Source: Myxococcota bacterium (GTDB taxonomy: Bacteria > Myxococcota_A > UBA9160 > SZUA-336). From it: 64,000 nt of DNA. The DNA lies in NCBI GenBank assembly GCA_965247115.1, contig CBDFGR010000002.1, positions 1,856,001 to 1,920,000 of the forward strand, written 5' to 3'. The notes below the pieces were generated by a model that saw nothing but the letters and a program-made list of their open reading frames with translations, had not been told where the DNA came from and searched no databases. Below are positions 10,901 to 20,638 of the stretch, in pieces. A program made the translations under genes and the position numbers. Within the stretch, counting starts at the first letter, position 1. Each line of letters starts with the position of its first letter.

Positions 10901-12001
10901 ACGACCGATTCGGGTGGGAGAACGGAGATTGGCGCCTCGATGAGCGCGTCGGGCGGTAGCATGACGTTCAATGACCCGGTAGAGCTGACGGGTGCCACCA
11001 CACTCACGGACACCGGCGGGACTGGGATTTTGTTCAACAACACAGTAGACGGAGCTCATGACCTGATCCTGGATGTGACGGGTCCGACGACGTTCGTCGG
11101 CTCGGTAGGCGGCACTACACCAATCGGAGCTGGGGTGGGTCCCGCGATTGCAATCAACTCGGCGGGAGCGACAGCCTTCGAGAGCAGCGTCGATACGGAT
11201 GGGCCCATCGTACCAGCGGACGACGCCGGCCCCGTGACATTCGCGGACGAACCCGCGCCTGGTGAGCCTCCGCCCGTTGAGGCCGATCCCAGAGATCCCA
11301 ACCCGGTCTTGCCTGAGATCTGGCAAGCGGAAAGCGTCGTCGGGATAGATGTTCCGCTCGCCTCTGGGAGTCCTCCGGTCGATGTGGATGCACTCGTCGA
11401 GAGGAAGGAGATCCGGGCAGACGACATGACAGTGTTCCTGGAATGCATCCGGTTGACTGGCGATCCGACACCGTTGCCCATGGACTGCCCGGACGAGTAC
11501 GCGACGCTAGCTGCGATCCCGGAACAGGGCGAGCTTCCACCCGTAGCCGGTAGAGGCGAGGGATCCGACCTGCGAGCGGGTCAGTTGGTTGTCATGGCCC
11601 AGCCGATTGGTCACCCCGAGCGACCTCCCTCTGCGGCGCAGCTGAAGGCGCTCCGTCACTATCGTGGTCTGATAGGCAGCGCAGCGAAGCCGGTGATTGC
11701 GCGTGCCGTCGAGTCGTACAGAGCCGAGGAGGGGGTACGCGAAGTAAAGGGTTCGGATCTCCGCCGGTACATCGAGGGGTCCTCTAGCCATGCGCATGCG
11801 GCGTCTCTCTTGAACAGCATTGGCGAACTCCTGAAGGAGCTGCGCGCCAGTGGAATGACACGGGAGGGGCTTTTGCGCGCGACGATGCGCGTACTCGAGG
11901 AGCTCTCGCCCGAGAACCTCTCGGCCGTCGAGCTGGGCAGGGCAGCCGAAGAGACCTCGCCGGGTGCCCGCGTCGGCCTCGTCTTCTACCAATCCTCGTA
12001 G
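4956..12001 (+). CDS. TpsA filamentous-haemagglutinin-family exoprotein (~2,348 aa if the 1-bp deletion at ~8233 is corrected)
   Basis: Signal peptide, TPS domain ('INYQSFDI', 'NGQVYIVNPAGVVFG'), 'GIWLLDP', tandem repeats; joins ORFs 4398-8348 and 8393-12001. Confidence 0.85.
7010..10310 (+). repeat. Intragenic tandem array, ~14 x 228 bp (76 aa)
   Basis: The YND codons (TA[C/T]AACGAT) recur every 228 bp from 7152 to 10115, with a single 227-bp interval at the frameshift. Confidence 0.93.
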
Positions 12002-13338
12002 AGCCCTCGGCGCGTCGGTGGAAGGCCGGAGGGGCCGTGCCCCTGGTGCTTGGTGGCTACCGCCTGGAAGATCAGCATCGATCCGTTGCTGAAGCCGCGC
12101 GTCACGCCGGCGGTGTAGGCTAGCCAGAGTCGGTAGCGCTCGGGTCCGACCAGACGGCTCGCCTCCTCGCCCTGCTCCGAGAGCCGCTCACACCAGGCCC
12201 TCGCGGTGCGCGCGTAGTGCTCGCGCAGGCCCTCGACATCGTGGACCTCGAAGCCCGCGTGCTCCATGGCGGCAAGCGTGTGTCCGATGTTGGTGAGCTC
12301 GGAGCCGGGGAAGATGTACTTCTGGAGCAGACGCTTCTCTGGCGTGATCCGCCGACGCCTGCGACGCGTCGGCTTGGAGCGGCTCGCGATGCCGTGATTG
12401 AGGAGAATTCCGCGATTGCGGAGCAAGCGGTTCAATGTGCCGAAGTAGCGCGGGAGGTTGCGCAGCCCGATGTGTTCGAACATGCCGACGCTCGCAATCT
12501 TGTCGTACTGGCCGTCGAGACCTGTGTAATCGACGAGGTCCACTCGGACGCGATCCTCGAGCCCGAGTCGCCCAATCTTTTCGCGCGTGAACTTGCACTG
12601 CTCCGCCGACAGCGTCACGCCGTGGGCGTGGACTCCGTACTTCTGCGCCGCGTAGCAGATCAACCCACCCCAGCCGCAGCCGACGTCCAAGAGACGCTCG
12701 CCGGGCTCGAGACGAAGCTTCCGACAGATCATCTCCATCTTGTCGAGCTGGGCCTGCTCGAGGCTGTTTTTCCAGTCGGTAAAGTAGGCGCAGGAGTACT
12801 GCATCTCCCGATCGAGAAAGAGCGCGTAGAACTCGTTCGAGACGTCGTAGTGGAACTGGATGAAGTCGCGGTTGTCCCGCCGGGATTCCCTGCGGCCAGT
12901 CGTCTCACCCCCGAACCCGTGTTCGAGCTCCTTCGGGCTGTGCCTTGCGAAGACCAACGGTAGAGCCTCGCGGAACGCGGCGACCAGCCCGACTTTCGAG
13001 AGCTTGGATCGCGAGGCGCCGCGGGAGCGCAGCGCCTCGAAGAACTCGAGGATCTCGCCTCCGGTCAGATCGAGGCCCCCGGTCGCGTACTCGCGCACCA
13101 GCATCTCCGGCGTCGGTCGGCGGAGAAGCGAGCCAAGGACACCGGGGTCCGCGATCGAGATTGCGAGTCGAGGGTCGACGTCGCTGCCGAGCGCCACGCG
13201 AGTCCCGTCCCACAGTCGGATCGAGAATCCCAGCTCGAGGGCCGGTGCGAGCCGCCGGAACAGCTTCCGTGCAGCTCGCAACCGCCGCGCGTCCGAGAAG
13301 AAGCCGCCAGCGGACCCATCCTGGCTCGGCGGTACCAC
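11986..13338 (-). CDS. cfa: Cyclopropane-fatty-acyl-phospholipid synthase family SAM methyltransferase
   Basis: 'HYDVSNEFY', 'MQYSCAYF', 'LLDVGCGWG', 'SVGMFEHIG', 'KYIFPG'. Confidence 0.9.
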   Translation of the reverse strand: MVPPSQDGSAGGFFSDARRLRAARKLFRRLAPALELGFSIRLWDGTRVALGSDVDPRLAISIADPGVLGSLLRRPTPEMLVREYATGGLDLTGGEILEFFEALRSRGASRSKLSKVGLVAAFREALPLVFARHSPKELEHGFGGETTGRRESRRDNRDFIQFHYDVSNEFYALFLDREMQYSCAYFTDWKNSLEQAQLDKMEMICRKLRLEPGERLLDVGCGWGGLICYAAQKYGVHAHGVTLSAEQCKFTREKIGRLGLEDRVRVDLVDYTGLDGQYDKIASVGMFEHIGLRNLPRYFGTLNRLLRNRGILLNHGIASRSKPTRRRRRRITPEKRLLQKYIFPGSELTNIGHTLAAMEHAGFEVHDVEGLREHYARTARAWCERLSEQGEEASRLVGPERYRLWLAYTAGVTRGFSNGSMLIFQAVATKHQGHGPSGLPPTRRGLYEDW

Positions 13339-13400
13339 ACGGGCAGCATAGGCGCTTCGGTCTGAGGAAGCTGCCGGTTCCCTGTGCTACACCGACCTGG

Positions 13401-14069
13401 ATGCCCGATCGCGCTCACAAGCCGGGTCTACTCGAACGTTGGCTGCTCGCCCTGGCGGCGCTGCTGCTGCGCTTGCACGCACTCTCTTTGCGCTATCGGG
13501 TCGAGGGCTTGGAGGTCGTCCACGAGCTGCTGGAAGCCGGTACACCGGTACTGCTGGCGAGCTGGCACGGCCGGGTGCTGCTGCTGCCCTTCCACCTTCG
13601 GGGTCTCTTGCAGACAATCATGATCAGTCGGAGTCGAGACGGCGAGCGTATTGCGACCATCTGCGAACGGATCGGGTACTCGACCGTGCGTGGCTCGAGC
13701 TCGCGCTCCGGCGCGCGCGCGCTACTCGAAGTCGTGCGCCTGCTGAAGAAGAGCCGTGTCGTTGGCCACGTCGTCGACGGTCCCCTCGGGCCGGCCGGAG
13801 AGATCAAGGGCGGCCTGGTCCTGATCGCCCAGCGCTCGGGTGCCTCGATCGTGCCCGTGTACGCGACCGCCGCGCACAGGTGGGAGGCGCCGAGCTGGGA
13901 TCGGATGCAGATCGTCTACCCCTTCAGTCGCGTGCTCGTTCGCTATGGACCAGCCGTCGAGGTATCTCCCGAGCTCGATGCCGAGGCCTGCGAGCGGGTG
14001 CGTCTCGGGCTGGAGCGGCAGATGAAAACGGAGTACGAGCGTCTGGAAGCCGAGCTCGTCGCGCGCTGA
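13401..14069 (+). CDS. Lysophospholipid acyltransferase family / DUF374 protein
   Basis: 'LASWHGR', 'MISRSRDGE', 'TVRGSSSR', 'VDGPLGP'. Confidence 0.85.
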   Translation: MPDRAHKPGLLERWLLALAALLLRLHALSLRYRVEGLEVVHELLEAGTPVLLASWHGRVLLLPFHLRGLLQTIMISRSRDGERIATICERIGYSTVRGSSSRSGARALLEVVRLLKKSRVVGHVVDGPLGPAGEIKGGLVLIAQRSGASIVPVYATAAHRWEAPSWDRMQIVYPFSRVLVRYGPAVEVSPELDAEACERVRLGLERQMKTEYERLEAELVAR

Positions 14070-14105
14070 GCGTTCCCTCGGTCGCACACGAGCGCGTCGC
14101 TAGCC

Positions 14106-14151
14106 TCACCTCGAGCGCCCGGAATCTGCTGATTCCGGGCGCTCGAGGTGA
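14106..14151. terminator. Perfect 21-bp stem / 4-nt loop between convergent genes (terminator or REP-like element)
   Basis: TCACCTCGAGCGCCCGGAATC-TGCT-GATTCCGGGCGCTCGAGGTGA; no U-tract. Confidence 0.6.
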
Positions 14152-14181
14152 AGCCGGCCGCCGGCGTTCGACGGGTGGGTT

Positions 14182-14430
14182 TTACTCCGTCAACGCGTCC
14201 GGCGCGTCCCCTGGTTGCACGGCTTCGTCAGCCGGCTGCTCCTCGTCCTTAGCCGGATCTTCGGCGGTGGCCTCGGACGGCTCTTCCGTCGTCTCAACCG
14301 ATTCCGCAGCAACGTCCGGAACGTCGTTGGTCGTCGCGCCCTCAACGCACGCTCCCGACCCGAACCCGAGCAGGGCTAGCCCAATAAGGGGCGCAAGAGC
14401 GCCCCTCAACCCTTTCTGCAGTTTCATCAC
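14182..14430 (-). CDS. Small acidic putative lipoprotein
   Basis: Basic-hydrophobic signal ending 'GSGAC', then a D/E/P/A-rich tail; GGAGG RBS; sigma54 promoter upstream. Confidence 0.7.
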   Translation of the reverse strand: MMKLQKGLRGALAPLIGLALLGFGSGACVEGATTNDVPDVAAESVETTEEPSEATAEDPAKDEEQPADEAVQPGDAPDALTE

Positions 14431-14504
14431 CCCAATCCTCCACTCGCGCCAGCGCGCACAATTCGGAGGCGCCCCTTACCCCCCACGGGCACGGTGGGCC
14501 GTAT

Positions 14505-14520
14505 CGCAAGTCACGTGCCA
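14505..14520 (-). promoter_or_regulatory. Sigma54 -24/-12 promoter
   Basis: Minus strand TGGCACGTGACTTGCG, matching consensus TGGCACG-N4-TTGC with GG-N10-GC spacing. Confidence 0.8.
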
Positions 14521-14675
14521 CTCGTGAATGGCACGGGCGTTCAGGCGGACCCAGTCTGAGATCATTTGTGGCGACGGGCACTTAGGTGGGTCGCGATGTT
14601 CCTGGTGCGCCTTCCCCGTGGGCTCGGGAAGATTTGTCCTTTGAAATTCGCGTCTGTACATTTTACAAAGGGTTT

Positions 14676-16022
14676 ATGCCACGAGCGCTCGTCGTCGACG
14701 ACGACCCGGAGATCCTGCGACCCCTCGCCAAGCTGGTAGAGAGGGAGGGTTTCACGACGAGGACATGCGAGAGTCTGGCCAAGGCGCGCAGTCAGCTGGC
14801 GGGGGAAACCTGGGACGTCGTGATCGCGGACCTCTCGCTGCCCGATGGCAGCGCGCTCGACCTCTTGTCGCAGATCGAGGACCTCGCACAGACCGAGGTC
14901 ATCCTCGTCACCGGTCACGGGAGCATCGACTCGGCCATCGAGGCGTTTCGGGGCGGCGCGATCGACTACCTGACCAAGCCCATCGACACCGGGCGCCTGC
15001 GCGGACTCTTGCACAAGCTGCTGCGCACAGTGGAGCTGCGCAACGAGGTGGACGCATTGCGTGCAGAGCTGCGTCGCGCGGGTCGCTTTGGAAAGATGCT
15101 CGGCGTCTCGCCAGCAATGCAAGTTCTCTACGATCAGGTGCTTCGGGTGGCCCCGACCGACGCAACCGTCCTCATCACCGGCGAGACCGGGACCGGCAAA
15201 GAGCTCGTCGCCGAGAGCATCCACCAGATGAGCCCGCGGGCGAAGAAGCCTTTCGTTGCAGTGAACTGTGGGGCGGTCGCGTCGAACCTGATCGAGTCGG
15301 AGCTATTCGGGCACGAGCGCGGTAGCTTCACGGGGGCAACGAGAAGACACCGCGGAGTGTTCGAGCGCGCGGACACAGGGACGCTGTTCCTCGACGAGAT
15401 CACGGAGATGCCGGCGGAGCTCCAGGTCCGGCTGCTCCGCAGTCTCGAGACCAAGACGGTGCTGCGCATCGGAAGTGAACGGGACATCGTCGTGGATGTT
15501 CGGGTCGTGGCGGCGACGAACCGGGACCCGGAGGAAGCGGTCCAGGAAGGAAAGCTACGTGCGGATCTCCTGTACCGGTTGCTCGTCTTCCCGATCGAGG
15601 TGCCGCCGTTGCGCGAACGGGGCAACGACGTCGCCCTGATTAGCGAGCACTATCTCGGTCAGCTGAACGCGGAGGCGGAGACCTCGAAGCAGTTCACCGC
15701 GGAAGCGCTGGATCAGCTGTGCGCGCACGAGTGGGCCGGGAACGTGAGGGAGCTGCGCAACGCCATCGAGCGGGCATTCATCATGGCTTCTGATCGCATC
15801 ACCATGGAGAGTCTTCCCTTCGCCCCGGATGCGGAGCTCGCGAGCGAGCCAGCGGGGGCCCGGTCACCCGTCGGTACGAGCCTCGCGGCGGCGGAACGCG
15901 AGCTGATCCTGACTACGGTGAACCACTACGGGGGCGACAAGAACGAGGCCGCGCGTGTTCTGGGCATAAGCCTGAAGACGCTGTACAACCGGCTCCACAA
16001 GTATGGAGTGATTGGGTCTTAG
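14676..16022 (+). CDS. Sigma54-dependent NtrC-family response regulator
   Basis: REC domain, Walker A 'GETGTGKE', 'GSFTGA' loop, 'LFLDEI', 'GNVREL', Fis-type HTH. Confidence 0.95.
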   Translation: MPRALVVDDDPEILRPLAKLVEREGFTTRTCESLAKARSQLAGETWDVVIADLSLPDGSALDLLSQIEDLAQTEVILVTGHGSIDSAIEAFRGGAIDYLTKPIDTGRLRGLLHKLLRTVELRNEVDALRAELRRAGRFGKMLGVSPAMQVLYDQVLRVAPTDATVLITGETGTGKELVAESIHQMSPRAKKPFVAVNCGAVASNLIESELFGHERGSFTGATRRHRGVFERADTGTLFLDEITEMPAELQVRLLRSLETKTVLRIGSERDIVVDVRVVAATNRDPEEAVQEGKLRADLLYRLLVFPIEVPPLRERGNDVALISEHYLGQLNAEAETSKQFTAEALDQLCAHEWAGNVRELRNAIERAFIMASDRITMESLPFAPDAELASEPAGARSPVGTSLAAAERELILTTVNHYGGDKNEAARVLGISLKTLYNRLHKYGVIGS

Positions 16023-18214
16023 GCGGGGGGCGGCGCAGGGAAGCGCATGCGGAAGGAGGCCCCCTGGCCCGGCCGTCCCTCCGCCGTGATCGTTCCGCCG
16101 TGGCGTTCCATGATGCGCCGGCAGAGCGCCATGCCGAGGCCGGAGCCCTCCTCCCGGGAGCCGAACCGCTCGTAGATGCCGAACACCTTATCGGCGTCCT
16201 CGGGTGCGAAGCCGCGCCCGTTGTCCGCGTACAGGATCTCGAGCCAGTCGCCACCCCGCTGTGACGAGAAGCGTAGCTCCGGAGACGCTTCGGGACGGCG
16301 GTACTTGATCGAGTTGTCGAGCAGGTTTCGCACCAGCTGATAAAGCTGGCGGGAGTCTCCCCGAACCGAGGGCAGGTCGTCAGAGTGCACGGTGGCTCCG
16401 ACCTCCTCCAGCGCCGACTTTAGATCCGACGTGATCTCGCGAATGACGGACGCCATGTCGACGAGCTCCAGGTCGAAGACCGCCGACGAGGTCTCGGAGA
16501 GCGCGATCTGGCCCGCGATGAGATTGTCCATGCGCTTCACCGAGCGTCGGATTTCGGAGAGGTACTCTCGGCCCTGGGGGTCGAGCGAGTCGCCGTACTG
16601 CGAGTCCAGAAGCTCCGCCCAGAGCGCCTGCGCGGAGACCGGCTGCCGCAGCTCGTGGGACAGGAAGGACGCGAACCGCCCGAGCTCGCGGTTGGTGCGC
16701 TCGAGTGCAGTGGTGCGCTGCGCGACACGATCTCCGAGCTCCGTGTTGAGCGCTCGAACCTGCTCCTCCGCTTGCTTGTGTGCCTCGACCTCGGTGTCCA
16801 GCCTGCGCGCTCGCGCCGAAGACAGCTGGGCCGCGCGAATCGCCCATACGAGTAGACTCGCGAGCACGAGCCCTCCAGCAAGGACGACCTGGGGCAGGAA
16901 GGAGCGCTGCTGTGCGAGCCACTCCTCCGAGGGCTGGACGGTCAGCGAGAGTGTCAGCGCCTTCTGAACGGGGAGCGTGCGCGACCACTGGCGAGAAAGG
17001 CCACTTGGTCGCCCGTCGTAGATCGTCGTCTTGCCAGCGCGTAGTCGCACCGCGTAGTTGGACGGAAGCGCCGTCGAGAGTGCTTCCAGCAGCTCCGGGG
17101 CACGGAACACACCGCAGAGCCATCCCTTGGGATCTCCCACATTGCCCAGCGCCGCCGCGAGCCGAAAGCCACGCGTGCCGTCGGCGAACGAGACTGCCTC
17201 TGCCCAGGTCCGCGGGAGAGCCTCGTCCGTGCCACCAGACGGGAGCACCAGCGCCGGTTGCTCTGCGGCCTTGGGATACGTCCAGCCGATGTCTCCCTCC
17301 CGCTTGATCCATTCGATCGAGCTCATGCCGGGGGAACGGGAGAGGACCAGTCGGGCGTCGGATTCCCATGCACCGCGCCAGCGAATGATCCTGTCCTCCC
17401 ACTCGTTCGCGAGGGCGGAGAGCGCGTTCGTCCGTTCTTCGATCTCGGCGCGGATCTCCGCGCGAATCTGATATGCCGTAGCCTCGACAGAGCTCCGGAT
17501 CTGAGCCTCTTCGTGCCTGGTGATCGCGTGGAAGAACAGGAAGGCGAGCGCGGCGACGAGCAGCCCGGCGAGCAATGGACCCTGCCAGAGAGGCTTCGCG
17601 TCCGGGTCCGCAAGCGCGGCCCTGCGCCATGCCAGCGTCGACCCCACGACGAGGAACGATACTCCCGTCGCCTGGGCCATCGGCGTTAGCCCACCCCACT
17701 TGTAGGCCGCGTCGAGCCCCATCGCGTGCCCGAGCAGTGCGCCTGCTCCGAGCGCGAAGGCGCCCACCGCAGAGAGTCCGCCGAGCGACGGGAGACGTCG
17801 GAGCGTCACGAGTGCGATTCCCGTCAACAGCACGCACACGGCCGTATTTGGCGGCATCGGACTTGGCTGTAGAGCTCCAGCTGGAAGCCAGCGCGTGACG
17901 AGGCCAGCGGCGATCCCGACGTCGAGTGGGTAGCGGTACTCGACCAGCACGACGGCACCCGCAGCGGCCGTCGCCAGACCCACGAGAACCGCAAAGATCT
18001 TGCGTCTCAGCGTCGAGAGCAGGAGCCCCACGCCTGCCAGAGCCAGGCCCGCGGCGCTGTCGGGTTGCATGGGAGCCCAGGCGGGCCGCACCTGCACCAG
18101 CTCGGGCGAGCCGAGCATCCAGCCGGTCCCGACGACGCCGGCGACCCCGAGGGCCAGGAATCCCGCGACCGCCCTCACGGTTGAATTGAATCGCTGCGTC
18201 GCTGGGTGGGGCAT
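16019..18214 (-). CDS. Multi-TM sensor histidine kinase
   Basis: Many TM segments, H-box 'SHELRQP', 'NLLDNSIKY', 'DNGRGF', 'GSGLGMA'. Confidence 0.92.
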   Translation of the reverse strand: MPHPATQRFNSTVRAVAGFLALGVAGVVGTGWMLGSPELVQVRPAWAPMQPDSAAGLALAGVGLLLSTLRRKIFAVLVGLATAAAGAVVLVEYRYPLDVGIAAGLVTRWLPAGALQPSPMPPNTAVCVLLTGIALVTLRRLPSLGGLSAVGAFALGAGALLGHAMGLDAAYKWGGLTPMAQATGVSFLVVGSTLAWRRAALADPDAKPLWQGPLLAGLLVAALAFLFFHAITRHEEAQIRSSVEATAYQIRAEIRAEIEERTNALSALANEWEDRIIRWRGAWESDARLVLSRSPGMSSIEWIKREGDIGWTYPKAAEQPALVLPSGGTDEALPRTWAEAVSFADGTRGFRLAAALGNVGDPKGWLCGVFRAPELLEALSTALPSNYAVRLRAGKTTIYDGRPSGLSRQWSRTLPVQKALTLSLTVQPSEEWLAQQRSFLPQVVLAGGLVLASLLVWAIRAAQLSSARARRLDTEVEAHKQAEEQVRALNTELGDRVAQRTTALERTNRELGRFASFLSHELRQPVSAQALWAELLDSQYGDSLDPQGREYLSEIRRSVKRMDNLIAGQIALSETSSAVFDLELVDMASVIREITSDLKSALEEVGATVHSDDLPSVRGDSRQLYQLVRNLLDNSIKYRRPEASPELRFSSQRGGDWLEILYADNGRGFAPEDADKVFGIYERFGSREEGSGLGMALCRRIMERHGGTITAEGRPGQGASFRMRFPAPPPA

Positions 18215-18308
18215 GAAGCGCGTCCCGTCGGGCCGGCTGAGGCCCCAGTCTACCCCAAGCCGCGATGGTAGAGTTGCCTCTCGACCCGAACCCCAGTGGA
18301 GGCAGCCG

Positions 18309-18656
18309 ATGAAGTTCATGATCAACTTCACCCACATCGACGGAACGTGGGAGAAGCTGAGCGCGACCGAGCTCGAGAACGTTCAAGCGCAGCACAAGGA
18401 GTTCGTGCGGGTGCTCCAAGAGGAGCAGAACACACAGATGACTTTCTTCACGCCGCCGGGAGATGCGAAGGCGGTGCGCCGCAAGCAAGACTGGAGCCTC
18501 GAGGTTAGTGACGGTCCCCTGTTGCCGAGCCCCGAGTTTGTGGGGGGCTACTTCATTATTGAAGCCGACTCGATGAACGACGCCGTGGAGTTCGCAAAGC
18601 GCGGCCGCTACATGTTCGGTGCCAATGAGATCCGCGAGATCGTGGAGAGCGACTAG
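18309..18656 (+). CDS. YciI/DGPF family protein
   Basis: 'VSDGP...EFVGGYFIIEADS...A', 'EIREI'. Confidence 0.85.
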   Translation: MKFMINFTHIDGTWEKLSATELENVQAQHKEFVRVLQEEQNTQMTFFTPPGDAKAVRRKQDWSLEVSDGPLLPSPEFVGGYFIIEADSMNDAVEFAKRGRYMFGANEIREIVESD

Positions 18657-18708
18657 AGCGACTTCTGGAAGGTTGACAGGTGGACCGGCGTTCCCTTGGA
18701 TTCCTTGC

Positions 18709-19539
18709 ATGGAGAGACTCGACGGCAGAGTGGCGGTGGTGACCGGGGCCAGTCGCGGTGTAGGTCGTGGCGTTGCGCTGGGTCTGGGGGAAGCTGGCGC
18801 GACCGTCTACGTGACCGGGCGGACGCTCAGCGACGGAGCTTCCGAGTACCCCGGGTCACTCGAGTCTACGGCGCAGGCCGTCTCGGAGCTGGGTGGCAAA
18901 GCCCGGGCCGTTTGCTGCGACCACACCTGCGATGAGGAGGTCGAGGCTCTCTTCGGGCAGGTGCTCGAGGAGAGCGGGCGGGTGGACGTGCTCGTGAACT
19001 CGGCATGGGGGGGCTACGAGCGCATGTCGGAGGAAGGGGAGTTCACGTTCGCGCTGCCGTTCTGGGAGCAGCCCTGGTGGCGCTGGGACGCGATGTTCCA
19101 AGCGGGCGTACGGGCTGCGTACGTGGCCAGCGCGCTCGCCGCGAGGTCCATGATCCGTGCGCGCTCGGGCCTGATCGTGAACGTCTCTGCCTTCGCGGCC
19201 AGGAAGTACCTGGGGAACGTCGCGTACGGCGCATCCAAGGCCGCTACGGACAAGCTGAGCTTTGACATGGCAGAGGAGCTGCGCGAGCACTCGGTCGCCG
19301 TCGTCTCGCTCTATCCCGGACTCGTGCGCACGGAGAGCGTGCTCGCGGCAGGGGTGTTCGATCTGACGAACTCGGAGTCCCCGCAGTTTCTCGGTCGCGC
19401 CGTCGCGGCTCTGGCGGCAGCCCCGGACGCGCTCGCCCGGAGCGGACAGGCGCTCGTGGCCGCGGATCTCGCCAGGGAGTACGGTTTCCGCGACATCGAC
19501 GGTTCGCAGCCCGCACCTCTCAATCTGAACGAGCTCTAG
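18709..19539 (+). CDS. SDR oxidoreductase (DHRS1-like)
   Basis: 'TGASRGVG', 'YGASK', 'ESPQFLGR'. Confidence 0.92.
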   Translation: MERLDGRVAVVTGASRGVGRGVALGLGEAGATVYVTGRTLSDGASEYPGSLESTAQAVSELGGKARAVCCDHTCDEEVEALFGQVLEESGRVDVLVNSAWGGYERMSEEGEFTFALPFWEQPWWRWDAMFQAGVRAAYVASALAARSMIRARSGLIVNVSAFAARKYLGNVAYGASKAATDKLSFDMAEELREHSVAVVSLYPGLVRTESVLAAGVFDLTNSESPQFLGRAVAALAAAPDALARSGQALVAADLAREYGFRDIDGSQPAPLNLNEL

Positions 19540-20597
19540 GTCGTCATCCGACGGGCGAGATAGCGGTGGAAGAGCCGCAGCGTCTTCTCGTAGTGGCTCA
19601 GCCTGCCCGGTCGCCATAGGCGGCTCTGCAGGCCGCGCTGCACCCCCTCGCAGACCGGGATGTCCTCGTGATGGATCGTGTCCAGCATCTTCGTGTACGC
19701 CTCGATGATCCCGGGGCTGGACGCGTGTTCCGGAGGAACCAGCGGGTGGATTCGCAGGTGCAGGTGGTCGTGACTGTCGATCTGCATCTCGTACCAGGTC
19801 CCGAGGGGCGGGTCGCCGCGGCTCAGCGCGAAGAGCAGCGTCGGGAACACGTTGAAGACCCAGAACGGGGGCTCGCCAGGGTTCTCGAGCGCCGCGAACG
19901 GCCCCTGCAGGTCGAGAGCATGGGTGCCCTTGGCGGGGTTCGTGCGCTGCAGCGTATCCGCGTGAGGGCCCTGGTGGTGATACGACTCCATGAAGTTCTC
20001 CACCATCACCTTCCAGTTCCAGGGCGTGTCGAAGTCCAGGGCGTCGGCCGCGACAAAGTTGCAGAAGCCGAACGGCTCCAGCAGCGCATCCAGAGCCTTC
20101 ATGCGCGGTCCGAGCGGCTCCGCGTTCGGGTTCGCGCTCACGAACACGAAGCCCTGCCACTCCTCGAGCGATAGCTCGGGCAGCCGGCAGGCGTCGCGGT
20201 CGAAACCCGGCACGTCGTCCATCAACGGCGCCGTTTTGAGCCGACCGTCCAGATCGTACGACCAGCGATGGTAGGGACAGACCAGACGCCTGGCGTTGCC
20301 CGACCCCGTTGCGATCTGAAACGCGCGGTGCAGGCAGACTCCCGAGAACGAGTGCAGCTCGCGTTCCTCGTTGCGCACCAGCAGGACGGGCTCGCCGTAG
20401 AGGTCCAGCGCCCGGTAGTCGCCTGGCTCGGGGAGCTCGTCCTTCCGCGCGACCACGTGCCACTCCGGCCGCAGCACGCGCTCCAGCTCGAGCTGATGGA
20501 ACTCCTCGTCGAGATAGCAGTCCGCCGCAAGCGCGATCCCGGTGTCGGGCGCATGGGCGGTTCTCCGCAGCCGCTCGAGAATCGCGTCCAGACCCAC
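19536..20597 (-). CDS. Rieske non-heme iron oxygenase alpha subunit
   Basis: 'CLHR..CPYH' Rieske motif, 'NWKVMVENFMESYHH'; start set at the GTG after AGGAG. Confidence 0.9.
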   Translation of the reverse strand: MGLDAILERLRRTAHAPDTGIALAADCYLDEEFHQLELERVLRPEWHVVARKDELPEPGDYRALDLYGEPVLLVRNEERELHSFSGVCLHRAFQIATGSGNARRLVCPYHRWSYDLDGRLKTAPLMDDVPGFDRDACRLPELSLEEWQGFVFVSANPNAEPLGPRMKALDALLEPFGFCNFVAADALDFDTPWNWKVMVENFMESYHHQGPHADTLQRTNPAKGTHALDLQGPFAALENPGEPPFWVFNVFPTLLFALSRGDPPLGTWYEMQIDSHDHLHLRIHPLVPPEHASSPGIIEAYTKMLDTIHHEDIPVCEGVQRGLQSRLWRPGRLSHYEKTLRLFHRYLARRMTT

Positions 20598-20638
20598 GGT
20601 TACAACTCCTGGTAGTCCGGCGATGACTCCGCTTGATC

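Noticed and set aside
3070..12001. CDI toxin system
   Set aside because: No VENN/pre-toxin motif recognised and no downstream immunity ORF
14529..14545. Second sigma54 promoter on the plus strand (TGGCACG)
   Set aside because: Lacks the -12 GC at the required spacing; the same applies to TGGCAC at 34829
16380..18710. 776-aa alternative-frame ORF
   Set aside because: Arg/Gly/Ala-rich shadow overlapping the histidine kinase and YciI genes, typical of high-GC DNA
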